A DNA stretch of 64,000 bases. It comes from Alphaproteobacteria bacterium. GTDB lineage: Bacteria; Pseudomonadota; Alphaproteobacteria; TMED109. How positions within the stretch are numbered: the stretch's first letter is position 1; each line of letters opens with the position of its first letter. The DNA lies in NCBI GenBank assembly GCA_965657505.1, contig CBFHON010000004.1, positions 96,346 through 160,345 on the forward strand. Reading direction: 5' to 3'. A program made the translations under genes and the position numbers. Under the pieces are notes generated by a model. That model saw only the letters and a program-made list of their open reading frames with translations, had not been told where the DNA came from and made no database searches. Positions 39,452 to 48,931 of the stretch are shown here, one piece after another.

Positions 39452-40028
39452 TATTATAGCTCACAGAATATTTATGTATAATATTTTTCATATTATTAGT
39501 ATCTGGTTTTACGTAGTACATTTTCTCAATAATTTTTTCTACTGCTTCACTTGAAATCATCTCTATATTTTTATTAAAAAGTTTAACTTCTTTTTCAAGT
39601 TTTATTTTTTCTTCCTCAATTTTCTTGTTAATATTTTCTTGGCACTCTTCTAATTTAATTTCTGCTTCTTGAATGCTTTTTTGGTTTATTTCATTAACTA
39701 GAATTTTGATTTTACTATTTGTATCTTCAATTGCCTTTTGATGTTCTTTATTAATTCTTTCAATTTGCTCTTTTATTTCCTCTGCCTTTTCTAAATCATT
39801 TACTATTTTTAAGTCTCTATTTGAAATTATTTCAGTTATTCTTGGAAGAGCAACATATTTCATTGAGAAATAGAGTGTAGTAAATATTATTACTAACCAG
39901 ACTAATTGAGGCATAAAATCAGGAATAACCATTTGAGGCATCCCAGAACCTTCAGCGCCCATAGAAGGAGAAGCAATAAATGCTATATTAAATAACACTA
40001 ATATAATGTATATAAGTTTATTAAACAT
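39444..40028 (-). CDS. atpF2: F0F1 ATP synthase subunit b'
   Basis: Same architecture as subunit b (PQ..P..F..QL.WL motif, TM, then coiled helix). It sits between atpE and atpF, as in alphaproteobacteria. Confidence 0.8.
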   Translation of the reverse strand: MFNKLIYIILVLFNIAFIASPSMGAEGSGMPQMVIPDFMPQLVWLVIIFTTLYFSMKYVALPRITEIISNRDLKIVNDLEKAEEIKEQIERINKEHQKAIEDTNSKIKILVNEINQKSIQEAEIKLEECQENINKKIEEEKIKLEKEVKLFNKNIEMISSEAVEKIIEKMYYVKPDTNNMKNIIHKYSVSYNND

Positions 40029-40070
40029 TTTATTCTTAACCTTCTAAGTATTTAATTGAAATTTTTATTA

Positions 40071-40298
<228 letters not shown>

Positions 40299-40311
40299 TT
40301 ATCTCCTTTTT

Positions 40312-41046
40312 TTAATGTTCTGGGTGAAATGAATCGCTTAAATATAAGCATGTTAAAACTGCAAACACATAAGCTTGTAAAAATGCAATTAATGTCTCTA
40401 AAATAAATAATAAAACTATAAATAAAAATGGTGCAATACCAAAAATTCCTAAAGCTACTACGAAACCTGCAAATACCTTTATCATAGTATGTCCTGCCAT
40501 CATATTAGCAGCTAGTCTAACTGCAAGACTTATAGGTCTAGATATATATGAAACTATTTCTATCGGCACTAATAAAGGAGCTAAAAAAATTGGAACTCCC
40601 TTAGGCAGAAAAAGCCTCAAATATTTATGACCATGAAGAATAAAGCCTAAAACTGTGGCTAAAAGAAAGATTCCAAAGGCTAGAGCAAAAGTAACAATTA
40701 TATGACTAGTAACTGTAAAACTATAAGGAATTAGGCCTAACATATTACATAATAAAATAAACATAAATAAAGAGTAAACTAAAGGGAAGAATCTTACTCC
40801 TTCTTTCCCTAAATTATCCTTAGTTGTATTATATATCATTTCATAGCTCATCTCAGCTAAAGATTGAAGTCTTCCTGGAATTACAGATTTTTTCTTTGTA
40901 GAATATATTAAAAATATATTTAATATAACTAAAACAGCTATCATCATTAATGATGAATTTGTAAGGGAAACATCAATATTTCCGATCTTCATCTCAAAGA
41001 TCCTATGTATTGTAAACTGGTCTAATGGAGAGTGTTTTTCTGACAA
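40312..41046 (-). CDS. atpB: F0F1 ATP synthase subunit a
   Basis: Essential Arg motif ISLAVRLAANMMAGH. Confidence 0.95.
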   Translation of the reverse strand: MSEKHSPLDQFTIHRIFEMKIGNIDVSLTNSSLMMIAVLVILNIFLIYSTKKKSVIPGRLQSLAEMSYEMIYNTTKDNLGKEGVRFFPLVYSLFMFILLCNMLGLIPYSFTVTSHIIVTFALAFGIFLLATVLGFILHGHKYLRLFLPKGVPIFLAPLLVPIEIVSYISRPISLAVRLAANMMAGHTMIKVFAGFVVALGIFGIAPFLFIVLLFILETLIAFLQAYVFAVLTCLYLSDSFHPEH

Positions 41047-41089
41047 TTTAAATCCTTATAATATACTTAAAAAATTAATAATATGTTAT

Positions 41090-41401
41090 TCAATATTTTG
41101 CAAATTTTTTTGAAGATTTATATGAAGTGTAGATACCCGAAATAAATCCAATAATCAAAAATAATATTAAAAATAGTGGTTTTGAGTTAAAAAAATAGTC
41201 TAATGACCAACCTATAGAGCCTCCTACTATAATATTTGCAAATAATTCTGAAACAATTTTAAATGCATGAGCAAAACTTGTATTTTTTTTATTTGCTTTA
41301 TTAAAATCCTCATTAATTTTTTCTGCTTTAATACTATCTATCTTATTAGATAAAGTATTTAAAGAATCATTCAAATCATTTACTTTTTTTTTCTTGGTCA
41401 T
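41090..41401 (-). CDS. atpI: AtpI/AtpZ-like ATP synthase protein I
   Basis: Small 2-TM protein immediately upstream of atpB (GGSIGWSLDYFFNSKPLF...). The call rests on position and topology. Confidence 0.6.
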   Translation of the reverse strand: MTKKKKVNDLNDSLNTLSNKIDSIKAEKINEDFNKANKKNTSFAHAFKIVSELFANIIVGGSIGWSLDYFFNSKPLFLILFLIIGFISGIYTSYKSSKKFAKY

Positions 41402-41497
41402 TATAAAATACCTCTAAAAAATCATGATTTTTGCAAAACATAAAGTATACATACATTACTGTCAAGAATGCTAAATAAATATAATAAATAAGTAAAT

Positions 41498-44400
41498 TTA
41501 CCCAGCATTCTCAAACTTTTCTGCTTCTTTTAAAGATACAGAAACTAGTTGAGAAACTCCTGGTTCTTGCATGGTAACGCCGTATAATCTATGCATTCTT
41601 GCCATAGTTAATCTATTATGGCTAACAACTAAAAACCTAGTTTTGGATTTTTCTGAAATTGATTCGATTAAATCTAAAAATCGATCAACATTTGATTCAT
41701 CTAATGGTGCATCTACCTCATCTAGTATACATATTGGTGAAGGTTTTGTTAAAAAAACTGAAAAAATTAGTGCCATAGCTGTTAAAGCCTGCTCTCCACC
41801 TGACAATAGACTCATTTGCTGTAATTTTTTACCTGGAGGAGAAGCCATTAGTTCTAATCCAGACTCTAAAGGGTTTTCTGATTCAGTAAGAGCTAAGTAT
41901 GCTTCCCCTCCACCAAAAAGTTCCGTAAATAATATTTTAAAGTTTTTATTAACTTCGGTAAAAGCCTCCATTAGTCTAATTTTAGCCTCTTTATTTATTG
42001 ACCTTATACTTGTTCTTAATTTGCTGACTGCATTCTCTAAATCTTCTTTTTCATTTTGAATTTCTTTTAGTTTATCTATAAGTTTTTCTGAATCTTCTTC
42101 AGCAACTAAATTTACTGGACCGATTCTTTCTCTCTGTAGCAGTAATTTTTCTAAATTTAGATTAGATTCTTCTAAATTAGGAATATCTTCATTAATTTCG
42201 ATTAAATTATGAAAATCTTTTGGGTATATATTAAGCTTCTCATATATTGTATTTTTATCATCTTCTTGTTTTTCAGTAGCTTGTTGAAGTAATCCTTCAA
42301 GTCTAGCCTTATTTTCTCTTTGCTTAATTAAATCTTCATTAAAAGTTTTTAACTCATTACTAATTTCTTTATTACTACTTTCTTTTATAGATAATTTATT
42401 TTCTACATCAGCCAGTTTTTCTTTAACTTTATCCATTTGATTGAAAATATTAGTTTTATTATCTTTAATTTTTTTAGGCTTTATTTTTATATCTTTTATA
42501 TTTTTTTCTATTTCTAATTTTCTTTCTCTTAACGTATTTAATCTTTGTGAAATATTATCTATTTGTAACGATAATCTAGTTTTTTCATTTGTAAGCTGAA
42601 CTATTTGCTGTTCGATATTCTGAATAAAACTTAATTCTTTTTGGTAGCTAGATATTTGTTCATTTAAATTATCTTTTTTATCTTTATTAGCTAAAGAAAT
42701 TTTTTTAATCTCATTTATTAAAGTATCTTCTTTAACTAAAGATCTTTCTTTCTTTTTAAATTCATCAAGGGTTTCTAAAGACATCTTAATTGTTTGTTTA
42801 ACTTTTTCTATAGATGATTCTAGAATTGCTATTTTTGTTCTTTCCTCGCTAGTATTTTCAATATATGTGGAAAGATCAATTTGAGCTTGTTCAATATCAT
42901 TTCGTAAATTTATTTTTTGTTCATTTATACTTATCTGTGAATTATTATGTTCATTTAAACTTTTTTCAAAATTTTGAATTTTAATTTCTATCTTTGCAAT
43001 ATCTTTTTTTTGTTTATCTATACTTACAAGTGTATTTTTTATTTTATAATTAATTTCTATAAGGTTAGTCTTATTTTGTAGTATTTGATTTGCGGGTGTT
43101 TTAGCTACTTCATTATGAGTATAGCCATCCCAACGCCATAAACCGCCATTTTTTGTAACTAATTGTTGGCCAGGCTTAAGTTTATGCTGCAGCCTATCAC
43201 CTTCTAAAGCTGATCTTACAATTCCAGTTAATTTCAAAATATTTAATACTTCTGGCACTCCTGTAGCATACTTAGCTAAATTATTTATATTCTCAGGCAG
43301 TTCAAATAATGTTTCTTGTAAAATATTTCTCCATTCTATAGATGATTTTTCTAAAGAAGCCTTCAAACCATGTCCTAAACAAGCTTCAATTGCTTTTTCA
43401 TATCCTTTAGGAAATTTTAAAGCATTTATAACAATATTTTCTTCATCACTTTCAAATAATCTTGTCAAAATACTTTTAGATGCATTAAGTTGCTCAAGAT
43501 TTCTATAACTATTTTGTAAGCTTATATTTTGTATATCTATATCATCCTGATAATTTTTTATTTCTTCACTTAAATTATTTACATTTTTGCGTATATTTTG
43601 TTCTTCAGCGTCTAATTTCAGTATGTTATTTTTTGATTTTTCTATGATTTTTATATAAAGATTTTTTTTATCTTGGCTCATATTTGATTTACTAAGAATG
43701 TTTAATTCATTTTGAGTGTTTTTTAGATAAACTATATTTTCTTCTTTTTGTAATTCTAGTTTTTTAATTTCACTTTTAAAATTATCTCTTTGAGAAATAT
43801 TGAGGTTAAGTTTTCTTTCAGCTTCTTTAAGGTTTTCTAGAATAGAATTTTCTTCATTTTTAGCATTTTGAAGACTTTTATTAATTTTATCTAGGTTAGA
43901 CTTAGAATCATTATTATTTAATTTTTCTACTTCTTTTGATAATGTATCTGCTTGTATTGTTAATTCTTTAAGTAATCTTGTTTCACCCAAAATTTCTGTT
44001 TCTATATATTTTGCATTATTCTTTTGATTATTTTGTTCTACTAATAAGTTTTCTTCTTCATTAATTAGTACATTATATTCTACTTGTAGTTTATTTAATA
44101 AATTTAAATAATTCTGGTTTTCTGACCTTAGAAAAGGAAGATCATTATCTATCTCTTGCTTAGTAAGATCTTTTTTAGATATTTTTCTAGTAATTTCACT
44201 TACTTTATCTGTATATATTTGTAACTCTTCTTTGTTTTTTTTTATATATTGAATGGAATTATTCCAGCGTTGATATAAAATTATTGCTTCAGTTTTTCTA
44301 ATATTTTCAGAAATATTTTTATATCTTTTAGCTTGGTTAGATTGTCTTGATAATTCTTTTAGTCTCAACTGATCATTAGAAATTATTTCTTCAAGTTTTT

Positions 44401-44971
44401 CTAAATTAGCTTCGGTAGATTTCAATTTTAACTCAGTTTCATGCTTTCTAGCGTGAATTCCAGATATACCTGCTGCTTCTTCTAAAATTTGTCTCCTATC
44501 TATTGCTTTAGAGTTTATTATTTTTCCTACTTGTCCTTGGTCTACTATAGCATTTGATCTAGAGCCAATAGCTAAATCTGCAAATAATATTTGAACATCT
44601 CTTTGTCTGACTTCTTTATTATTTATTGAATAGGTTGACCCTTCATCTTTTCCAATTTTTCTAGAGACTTCTATTTCATCATTGTTTTTATATGATTGTA
44701 ATAAATCACCACCATCTTCAATAGTTAATATAACCTCAGCAGAGTTACGAGAAGCTCTTCCTTTTGTACCAGCAAATATTAAATCATTCATCTCTCCCGC
44801 TCTTAATCTAGAAGGGCCAGCCTCGCCCATATTCCACTTAATTGCTTCAACAATATTAGATTTCCCACACCCGTTGGGTCCCACTAAGCCTGTGAGTCCT
44901 CCTTTGATATCTAATATGGTAGTATCAACAAAAGATTTAAAGCCAGTGATTTTAAGTTTAGTAAATTTCAT
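41498..44971 (-). CDS. smc: Chromosome partition protein Smc
   Basis: Walker A GPNGCGKSN, long coiled coils with a hinge, signature LLSGGEQALTA, Walker B CILDEVDAPLD. Length is 1157 aa. Confidence 0.95.
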   Translation of the reverse strand: MKFTKLKITGFKSFVDTTILDIKGGLTGLVGPNGCGKSNIVEAIKWNMGEAGPSRLRAGEMNDLIFAGTKGRASRNSAEVILTIEDGGDLLQSYKNNDEIEVSRKIGKDEGSTYSINNKEVRQRDVQILFADLAIGSRSNAIVDQGQVGKIINSKAIDRRQILEEAAGISGIHARKHETELKLKSTEANLEKLEEIISNDQLRLKELSRQSNQAKRYKNISENIRKTEAIILYQRWNNSIQYIKKNKEELQIYTDKVSEITRKISKKDLTKQEIDNDLPFLRSENQNYLNLLNKLQVEYNVLINEEENLLVEQNNQKNNAKYIETEILGETRLLKELTIQADTLSKEVEKLNNNDSKSNLDKINKSLQNAKNEENSILENLKEAERKLNLNISQRDNFKSEIKKLELQKEENIVYLKNTQNELNILSKSNMSQDKKNLYIKIIEKSKNNILKLDAEEQNIRKNVNNLSEEIKNYQDDIDIQNISLQNSYRNLEQLNASKSILTRLFESDEENIVINALKFPKGYEKAIEACLGHGLKASLEKSSIEWRNILQETLFELPENINNLAKYATGVPEVLNILKLTGIVRSALEGDRLQHKLKPGQQLVTKNGGLWRWDGYTHNEVAKTPANQILQNKTNLIEINYKIKNTLVSIDKQKKDIAKIEIKIQNFEKSLNEHNNSQISINEQKINLRNDIEQAQIDLSTYIENTSEERTKIAILESSIEKVKQTIKMSLETLDEFKKKERSLVKEDTLINEIKKISLANKDKKDNLNEQISSYQKELSFIQNIEQQIVQLTNEKTRLSLQIDNISQRLNTLRERKLEIEKNIKDIKIKPKKIKDNKTNIFNQMDKVKEKLADVENKLSIKESSNKEISNELKTFNEDLIKQRENKARLEGLLQQATEKQEDDKNTIYEKLNIYPKDFHNLIEINEDIPNLEESNLNLEKLLLQRERIGPVNLVAEEDSEKLIDKLKEIQNEKEDLENAVSKLRTSIRSINKEAKIRLMEAFTEVNKNFKILFTELFGGGEAYLALTESENPLESGLELMASPPGKKLQQMSLLSGGEQALTAMALIFSVFLTKPSPICILDEVDAPLDESNVDRFLDLIESISEKSKTRFLVVSHNRLTMARMHRLYGVTMQEPGVSQLVSVSLKEAEKFENAG

Positions 44972-45055
44972 TAAAAGCCATAAATATTAGAACTATACTA
45001 TATATTGTATGATATTATTTTTAATATACAAAATATTCTTTTCACTTATTTTGAT

Positions 45056-45649
45056 TTATTTTACTAGTTCTTTTAATTTTTTTATATCAAACTTACCTTC
45101 TACTTTTATTCCGTTTACAAAAAATGTTGGTGTAGCCTCAACACCTTTGATGTCAATAGCATATTTTCTTCCTGCTAGTAATGATTTCCATCTATCTTGG
45201 TTAACTTCATTTTCTTCCAAACACGATAATATGCGTGATTTATCTAATCCTATAGGTGCTAAAACCATATTAATTGCTTCTAAGAGATTATCGGCCTGAG
45301 TCCACTCTGTTTGTTTTTGAAAAAGTCTATTTAATACTGGAAAAAATTGTTCATTATTCATACATTGAGTTACCATAGAGCCAATCATTGCTCCTCTATC
45401 AAGAGGAAAATCGTAAAAAACTAATTTTGCTTTTCCTGTATCAATATATTCTTTTTTAATTTTATCTAAAGTATTAATATGAAAACTTGCACAGTGTCCA
45501 CATGACATAGAAGCATACTCTTCAATTATTATTTGTGCTGATTCATTTCCTAGTATTCTTCCTGGAAGCTGATTAGCAGTATCTTCAGAAAATGACGATA
45601 TTGGTAATATCATGGCTAAGAAAACTATTATACTGATTAATCTTTTCAT
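45056..45649 (-). CDS. DsbA-family periplasmic thiol:disulfide oxidoreductase
   Basis: Signal peptide, active site SCGHCASF, and thioredoxin-fold C-terminus (ATPTFFVNG). Confidence 0.8.
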   Translation of the reverse strand: MKRLISIIVFLAMILPISSFSEDTANQLPGRILGNESAQIIIEEYASMSCGHCASFHINTLDKIKKEYIDTGKAKLVFYDFPLDRGAMIGSMVTQCMNNEQFFPVLNRLFQKQTEWTQADNLLEAINMVLAPIGLDKSRILSCLEENEVNQDRWKSLLAGRKYAIDIKGVEATPTFFVNGIKVEGKFDIKKLKELVK

Positions 45650-45665
45650 TTTAGGGCTCCTTAAT

Positions 45666-46130
45666 TTATTTATCTATATTTGAGAAAAAAGATTTAGAAA
45701 AGTTAATTAATTTCTTTTTTAAATTTTCATCATTTACCTTATTTAAAATACTATTTAGTTCTTCTTTATTCTTTTTAGATATGGCATTTTTTTTTATTTT
45801 TACAGCTTTATTTTTATTTTTAATATTTCCCTGTTTTATGCGAATACTTTTAACAGCAGGATAACCCATCATTATTGTGATTCTTTCAATAATTTTTGGA
45901 ATATGGTATTGAAACTCTAAAGCATGTGAACTTTCGCATTTTATAGTAAGTAACTTATTATGCGTCAGTGATTCTGGAATAGTATATATACTGATTTCAT
46001 CTCCGACTATATCTTTCCAATTTGTTATTACCTTATGTTCTTTAAAACCTCTCTTTTTAAAAATATCTTTAGTTATACTTCTTGATATAATACTTATTCT
46101 TTTTGGACTATTTGTTTTTCTTAAATTCAT
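45666..46130 (-). CDS. DUF721 domain protein
   Basis: WKDIVGDEISIYTIPESL...LTIKCESSHALEFQYHIPKIIERI pattern typical of DUF721. It neighbours mutY, as in many alphaproteobacteria. Confidence 0.7.
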   Translation of the reverse strand: MNLRKTNSPKRISIISRSITKDIFKKRGFKEHKVITNWKDIVGDEISIYTIPESLTHNKLLTIKCESSHALEFQYHIPKIIERITIMMGYPAVKSIRIKQGNIKNKNKAVKIKKNAISKKNKEELNSILNKVNDENLKKKLINFSKSFFSNIDK

Positions 46131-46184
46131 AACTATAATTTCTAAGTAAAGATTATTTTAATATAATTATGAAAGATCTCAGCA

Positions 46185-47207
46185 TTGGATACAAACAAAA
46201 TAATTTTAAAATGGTATGATAAAGAAAAAAGAAATTTGCCATGGAGGGAGTCAGATAAAAATATTATTGATGTTTATAAAGTTTGGATAAGTGAAATTAT
46301 GCTTCAGCAAACAACTGTTTCAGTAGTTATACCATATTTTCAAAGGTTTATTTTGCGATTTCCTGACATAAATATTTTAGCTAAAGCTAAAATAGAAGAT
46401 GTATTAACCTATTGGGCAGGATTAGGTTACTATTCAAGAGCAAGAAATCTTCATAAATGTGCTAAAAATATAGTTGAAAATTATAATAGTATTTTTCCAG
46501 AAAAATATGAAACTTTAATAAATCTTCCAGGTATAGGAGATTATACTGCTTCTGCTATTTGTGCTATCGCATATAACCAGCATGAAGTTGCTGTAGATGT
46601 AAACGTTAAAAGAGTTATTTCAAGAATTAATAATAAACAAAAATTAAGTAATATTGAGATTAAAAAACTTGCGAAAAAAATATTATCTCTTGAAAGGTCA
46701 GGAGATTTTAATGAGGCTATTATGGATTTAGGTTCAAAAATCTGTAAGGCTAAAGACCCTAAATGCACAATATGCCCATTAAATAAAATTTGTAGAGTTT
46801 TTAAATATAATAAAAAAGCTTTATTGAATATCAATGGCAAAAATATTTTTAAGAAAAAAATAATAAAATATGGCAATTGCTATGTTATTGGAAGAGAGAA
46901 AGATAATAAGTTGTTTTTTGTAAGAAGACCAAATAGAGGCCTTCTTGGAGGCATGTTATCTTTTCCATCATCATTATGGGTTGAAGATAAAAACAATATA
47001 CCAAATGATAATATTTTGAAAAATTTTATTCTTCATGCAAATATAAAAAATTGTGTTCATCACACTTTTAGCCATTTTAAATTAATTCTTAATATATATG
47101 AAATTAATATAGATGAAGAAATTAATATAGAAGGAGAGTGGATTAAACGTGAGGATGCTATACATCAGTTGCCTTCTTTGATGAAGAAGGTTGCTATTAT
47201 AATTTAA
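46185..47207 (+). CDS. mutY: A/G-specific adenine DNA glycosylase
   Basis: LPWR, WISEIMLQQTTV, GLGYYSRARNL, the 4Fe-4S loop C-x6-C-x2-C-x5-C, and a C-terminal NUDIX-like domain. The start is TTG; there is no in-frame ATG upstream of the conserved N-terminus. Confidence 0.9.
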   Translation: MDTNKIILKWYDKEKRNLPWRESDKNIIDVYKVWISEIMLQQTTVSVVIPYFQRFILRFPDINILAKAKIEDVLTYWAGLGYYSRARNLHKCAKNIVENYNSIFPEKYETLINLPGIGDYTASAICAIAYNQHEVAVDVNVKRVISRINNKQKLSNIEIKKLAKKILSLERSGDFNEAIMDLGSKICKAKDPKCTICPLNKICRVFKYNKKALLNINGKNIFKKKIIKYGNCYVIGREKDNKLFFVRRPNRGLLGGMLSFPSSLWVEDKNNIPNDNILKNFILHANIKNCVHHTFSHFKLILNIYEINIDEEINIEGEWIKREDAIHQLPSLMKKVAIII

Positions 47208-48280
47208 TTACTTTGTTTATTTTTATTGTTTCTGACTTTTTCTCGAAGTTTGTTGATAGATACTAGTTCACCATTTTTTTCATAATGCCAGTACTGCCAA
47301 CCATTACATGCATTATGTCCCTGAAGCTTTGCTCCAACAGTATGAATAGATCCTTCAAATTTTTTATCAGCTAATAAACTTCCATCAGCTCTAATTATGG
47401 CATTATGTTTTTTGTTTATATCATGAAGCTTGCTGCCAATTTCTAACATCCCATTATCTAGTAAATTACCAAAAGGAATTTTAATTTCAGTTTTAAGATT
47501 TTTAGTAATAGTAAGTTCATCATTATTCAGTGTTTTAGTATTTTTTACTCTATTTTTAGCATACTTCATATATTCTTTATTTTTTTCTATTCCTATAATT
47601 ATTCTTCCTAGTCTTTTGGCAACTACACCAGTTGAACCAGTTCCAAAAAAGGGATCTAAAATGGTATCTCCTTTCTTAGTAGAAGAGATTATAATTCTAT
47701 TAATTAGAGATTCAGGTTTTTGAGTGGGATGGAGAGTCTTTCCTAATTTTTTTATTCTTTCATTTCCAGAACAAATTGGTAAAGTCCAATCAGACCGCAT
47801 TTGTTTATCGTCATTTGCTACTTTCATAGCTTTATAATTGAATGTATATTTTGATTTTTTACTCTTACTAGCCCAAATTATAGTTTCATGAGCATTAGTG
47901 AACCTATTTCCTTTGAAATTAGGCATAGGGTTAGTTTTATTCCATATGATATCATTTAGAATCCAAAAGCCTAAATTTTGAATTATAGATCCTACTCTAA
48001 AAATATTATGATAAGAACCTATTACCCATATCGTTCCATCATCTTTTAATACTCTTTTACATTCAGATAGCCATTTTGTTGTAAATTCATCATAGGCTTC
48101 AAAACTATTAAACTTATCCCAACTATGATTTACTCCTTTAACATTCGTTTGATCAGGCCTAAGTAAAGCTTTAGATAATTGAAGATTATATGGTGGATCA
48201 GCAAATATCATATCTACGGAATTATCTTTAATTTTAGACATTTCTTTTATACAGTCGCCTGCTAATAGCTTTTCCATCAT
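47204..48280 (-). CDS. ccrM: Cell-cycle-regulated N6-adenine DNA methyltransferase (GANTC-specific CcrM type)
   Basis: Beta-class order of motifs: FADPPYNL (IV) precedes LHPTQKPESL and LDPFFGTGSTG (I). It has a ~90-aa C-terminal extension and is 358 aa long, typical of CcrM. Confidence 0.9.
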   Translation of the reverse strand: MMEKLLAGDCIKEMSKIKDNSVDMIFADPPYNLQLSKALLRPDQTNVKGVNHSWDKFNSFEAYDEFTTKWLSECKRVLKDDGTIWVIGSYHNIFRVGSIIQNLGFWILNDIIWNKTNPMPNFKGNRFTNAHETIIWASKSKKSKYTFNYKAMKVANDDKQMRSDWTLPICSGNERIKKLGKTLHPTQKPESLINRIIISSTKKGDTILDPFFGTGSTGVVAKRLGRIIIGIEKNKEYMKYAKNRVKNTKTLNNDELTITKNLKTEIKIPFGNLLDNGMLEIGSKLHDINKKHNAIIRADGSLLADKKFEGSIHTVGAKLQGHNACNGWQYWHYEKNGELVSINKLREKVRNNKNKQSN

Positions 48281-48316
48281 GGTTGCTTTACCTTAAATAC
48301 ACATAAATATTTTTAT

Positions 48317-48922
48317 TTATCTAAATAACTTAAAAGATTTTCTATGATACTTTGTTAATCCATTTAACTCAATTACATTATAATGTTCCTTTGTACCATA
48401 GCCAGAATTATTTTTAAAATTATATTTTGGATATATAATTCCTATTTCTTTCATAATATTATCTCTATATTGTTTTGCTATGATAGAAGCTGCTGCTATT
48501 GAAAGACTTTTAGAATCTCCTTTAATTATATTCTCAGTTTTACAAGCAATTGCAGGAGAATAGGGACCATCTATTAAAGCAAGTCCAGTAGACATTTTCA
48601 AATTTTCATATGCTCGCTTCATTGCTAATAAACTTGCATTTAATATATTTATCTCATCTATTTCTATATTACTAGCTTCACCAATTGCTATGTCAATTGC
48701 TGTTTTTTTTAAAACACTACTAATTTCTTCTCTTTTAATTTTAGTTAATTTTTTTGAGTCATTTATCCCAGATGGTATTATTTTAAAATCTATAATTATA
48801 GCGGCAGCTACAACCGGACCAGCTAAACATCCTCTTCCTACCTCATCAATTCCACATATATATCCTTTAACGTTATTTATATATGAGTTCTCTATTTCAA
48901 GATCTGGTTTAATATTACCCAT
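48317..48922 (-). CDS. rnhB: Ribonuclease HII
   Basis: GIDEVGRGCLAGPVV, DSKKLT, and SIAAASIIAK. Confidence 0.95.
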   Translation of the reverse strand: MGNIKPDLEIENSYINNVKGYICGIDEVGRGCLAGPVVAAAIIIDFKIIPSGINDSKKLTKIKREEISSVLKKTAIDIAIGEASNIEIDEINILNASLLAMKRAYENLKMSTGLALIDGPYSPAIACKTENIIKGDSKSLSIAAASIIAKQYRDNIMKEIGIIYPKYNFKNNSGYGTKEHYNVIELNGLTKYHRKSFKLFR

Positions 48923-48931
48923 TTATAAAAT

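Noticed and set aside
41571-42059. 162-aa ORF antisense to smc. Similar antisense ORFs lie at 44682-44990 (smc), 50547-50954, 49512-49760, 1184-1531 and 45009-45299.
   Set aside because: All lie opposite conserved coding regions. For the smc case I checked the register: antisense stops can arise only opposite sense TAN (Tyr) or CAN (His/Gln) codons. I have not counted those residues in this stretch, but a shadow ORF of that kind is the likelier explanation for all of these. None has an SD, and the products are low-complexity.
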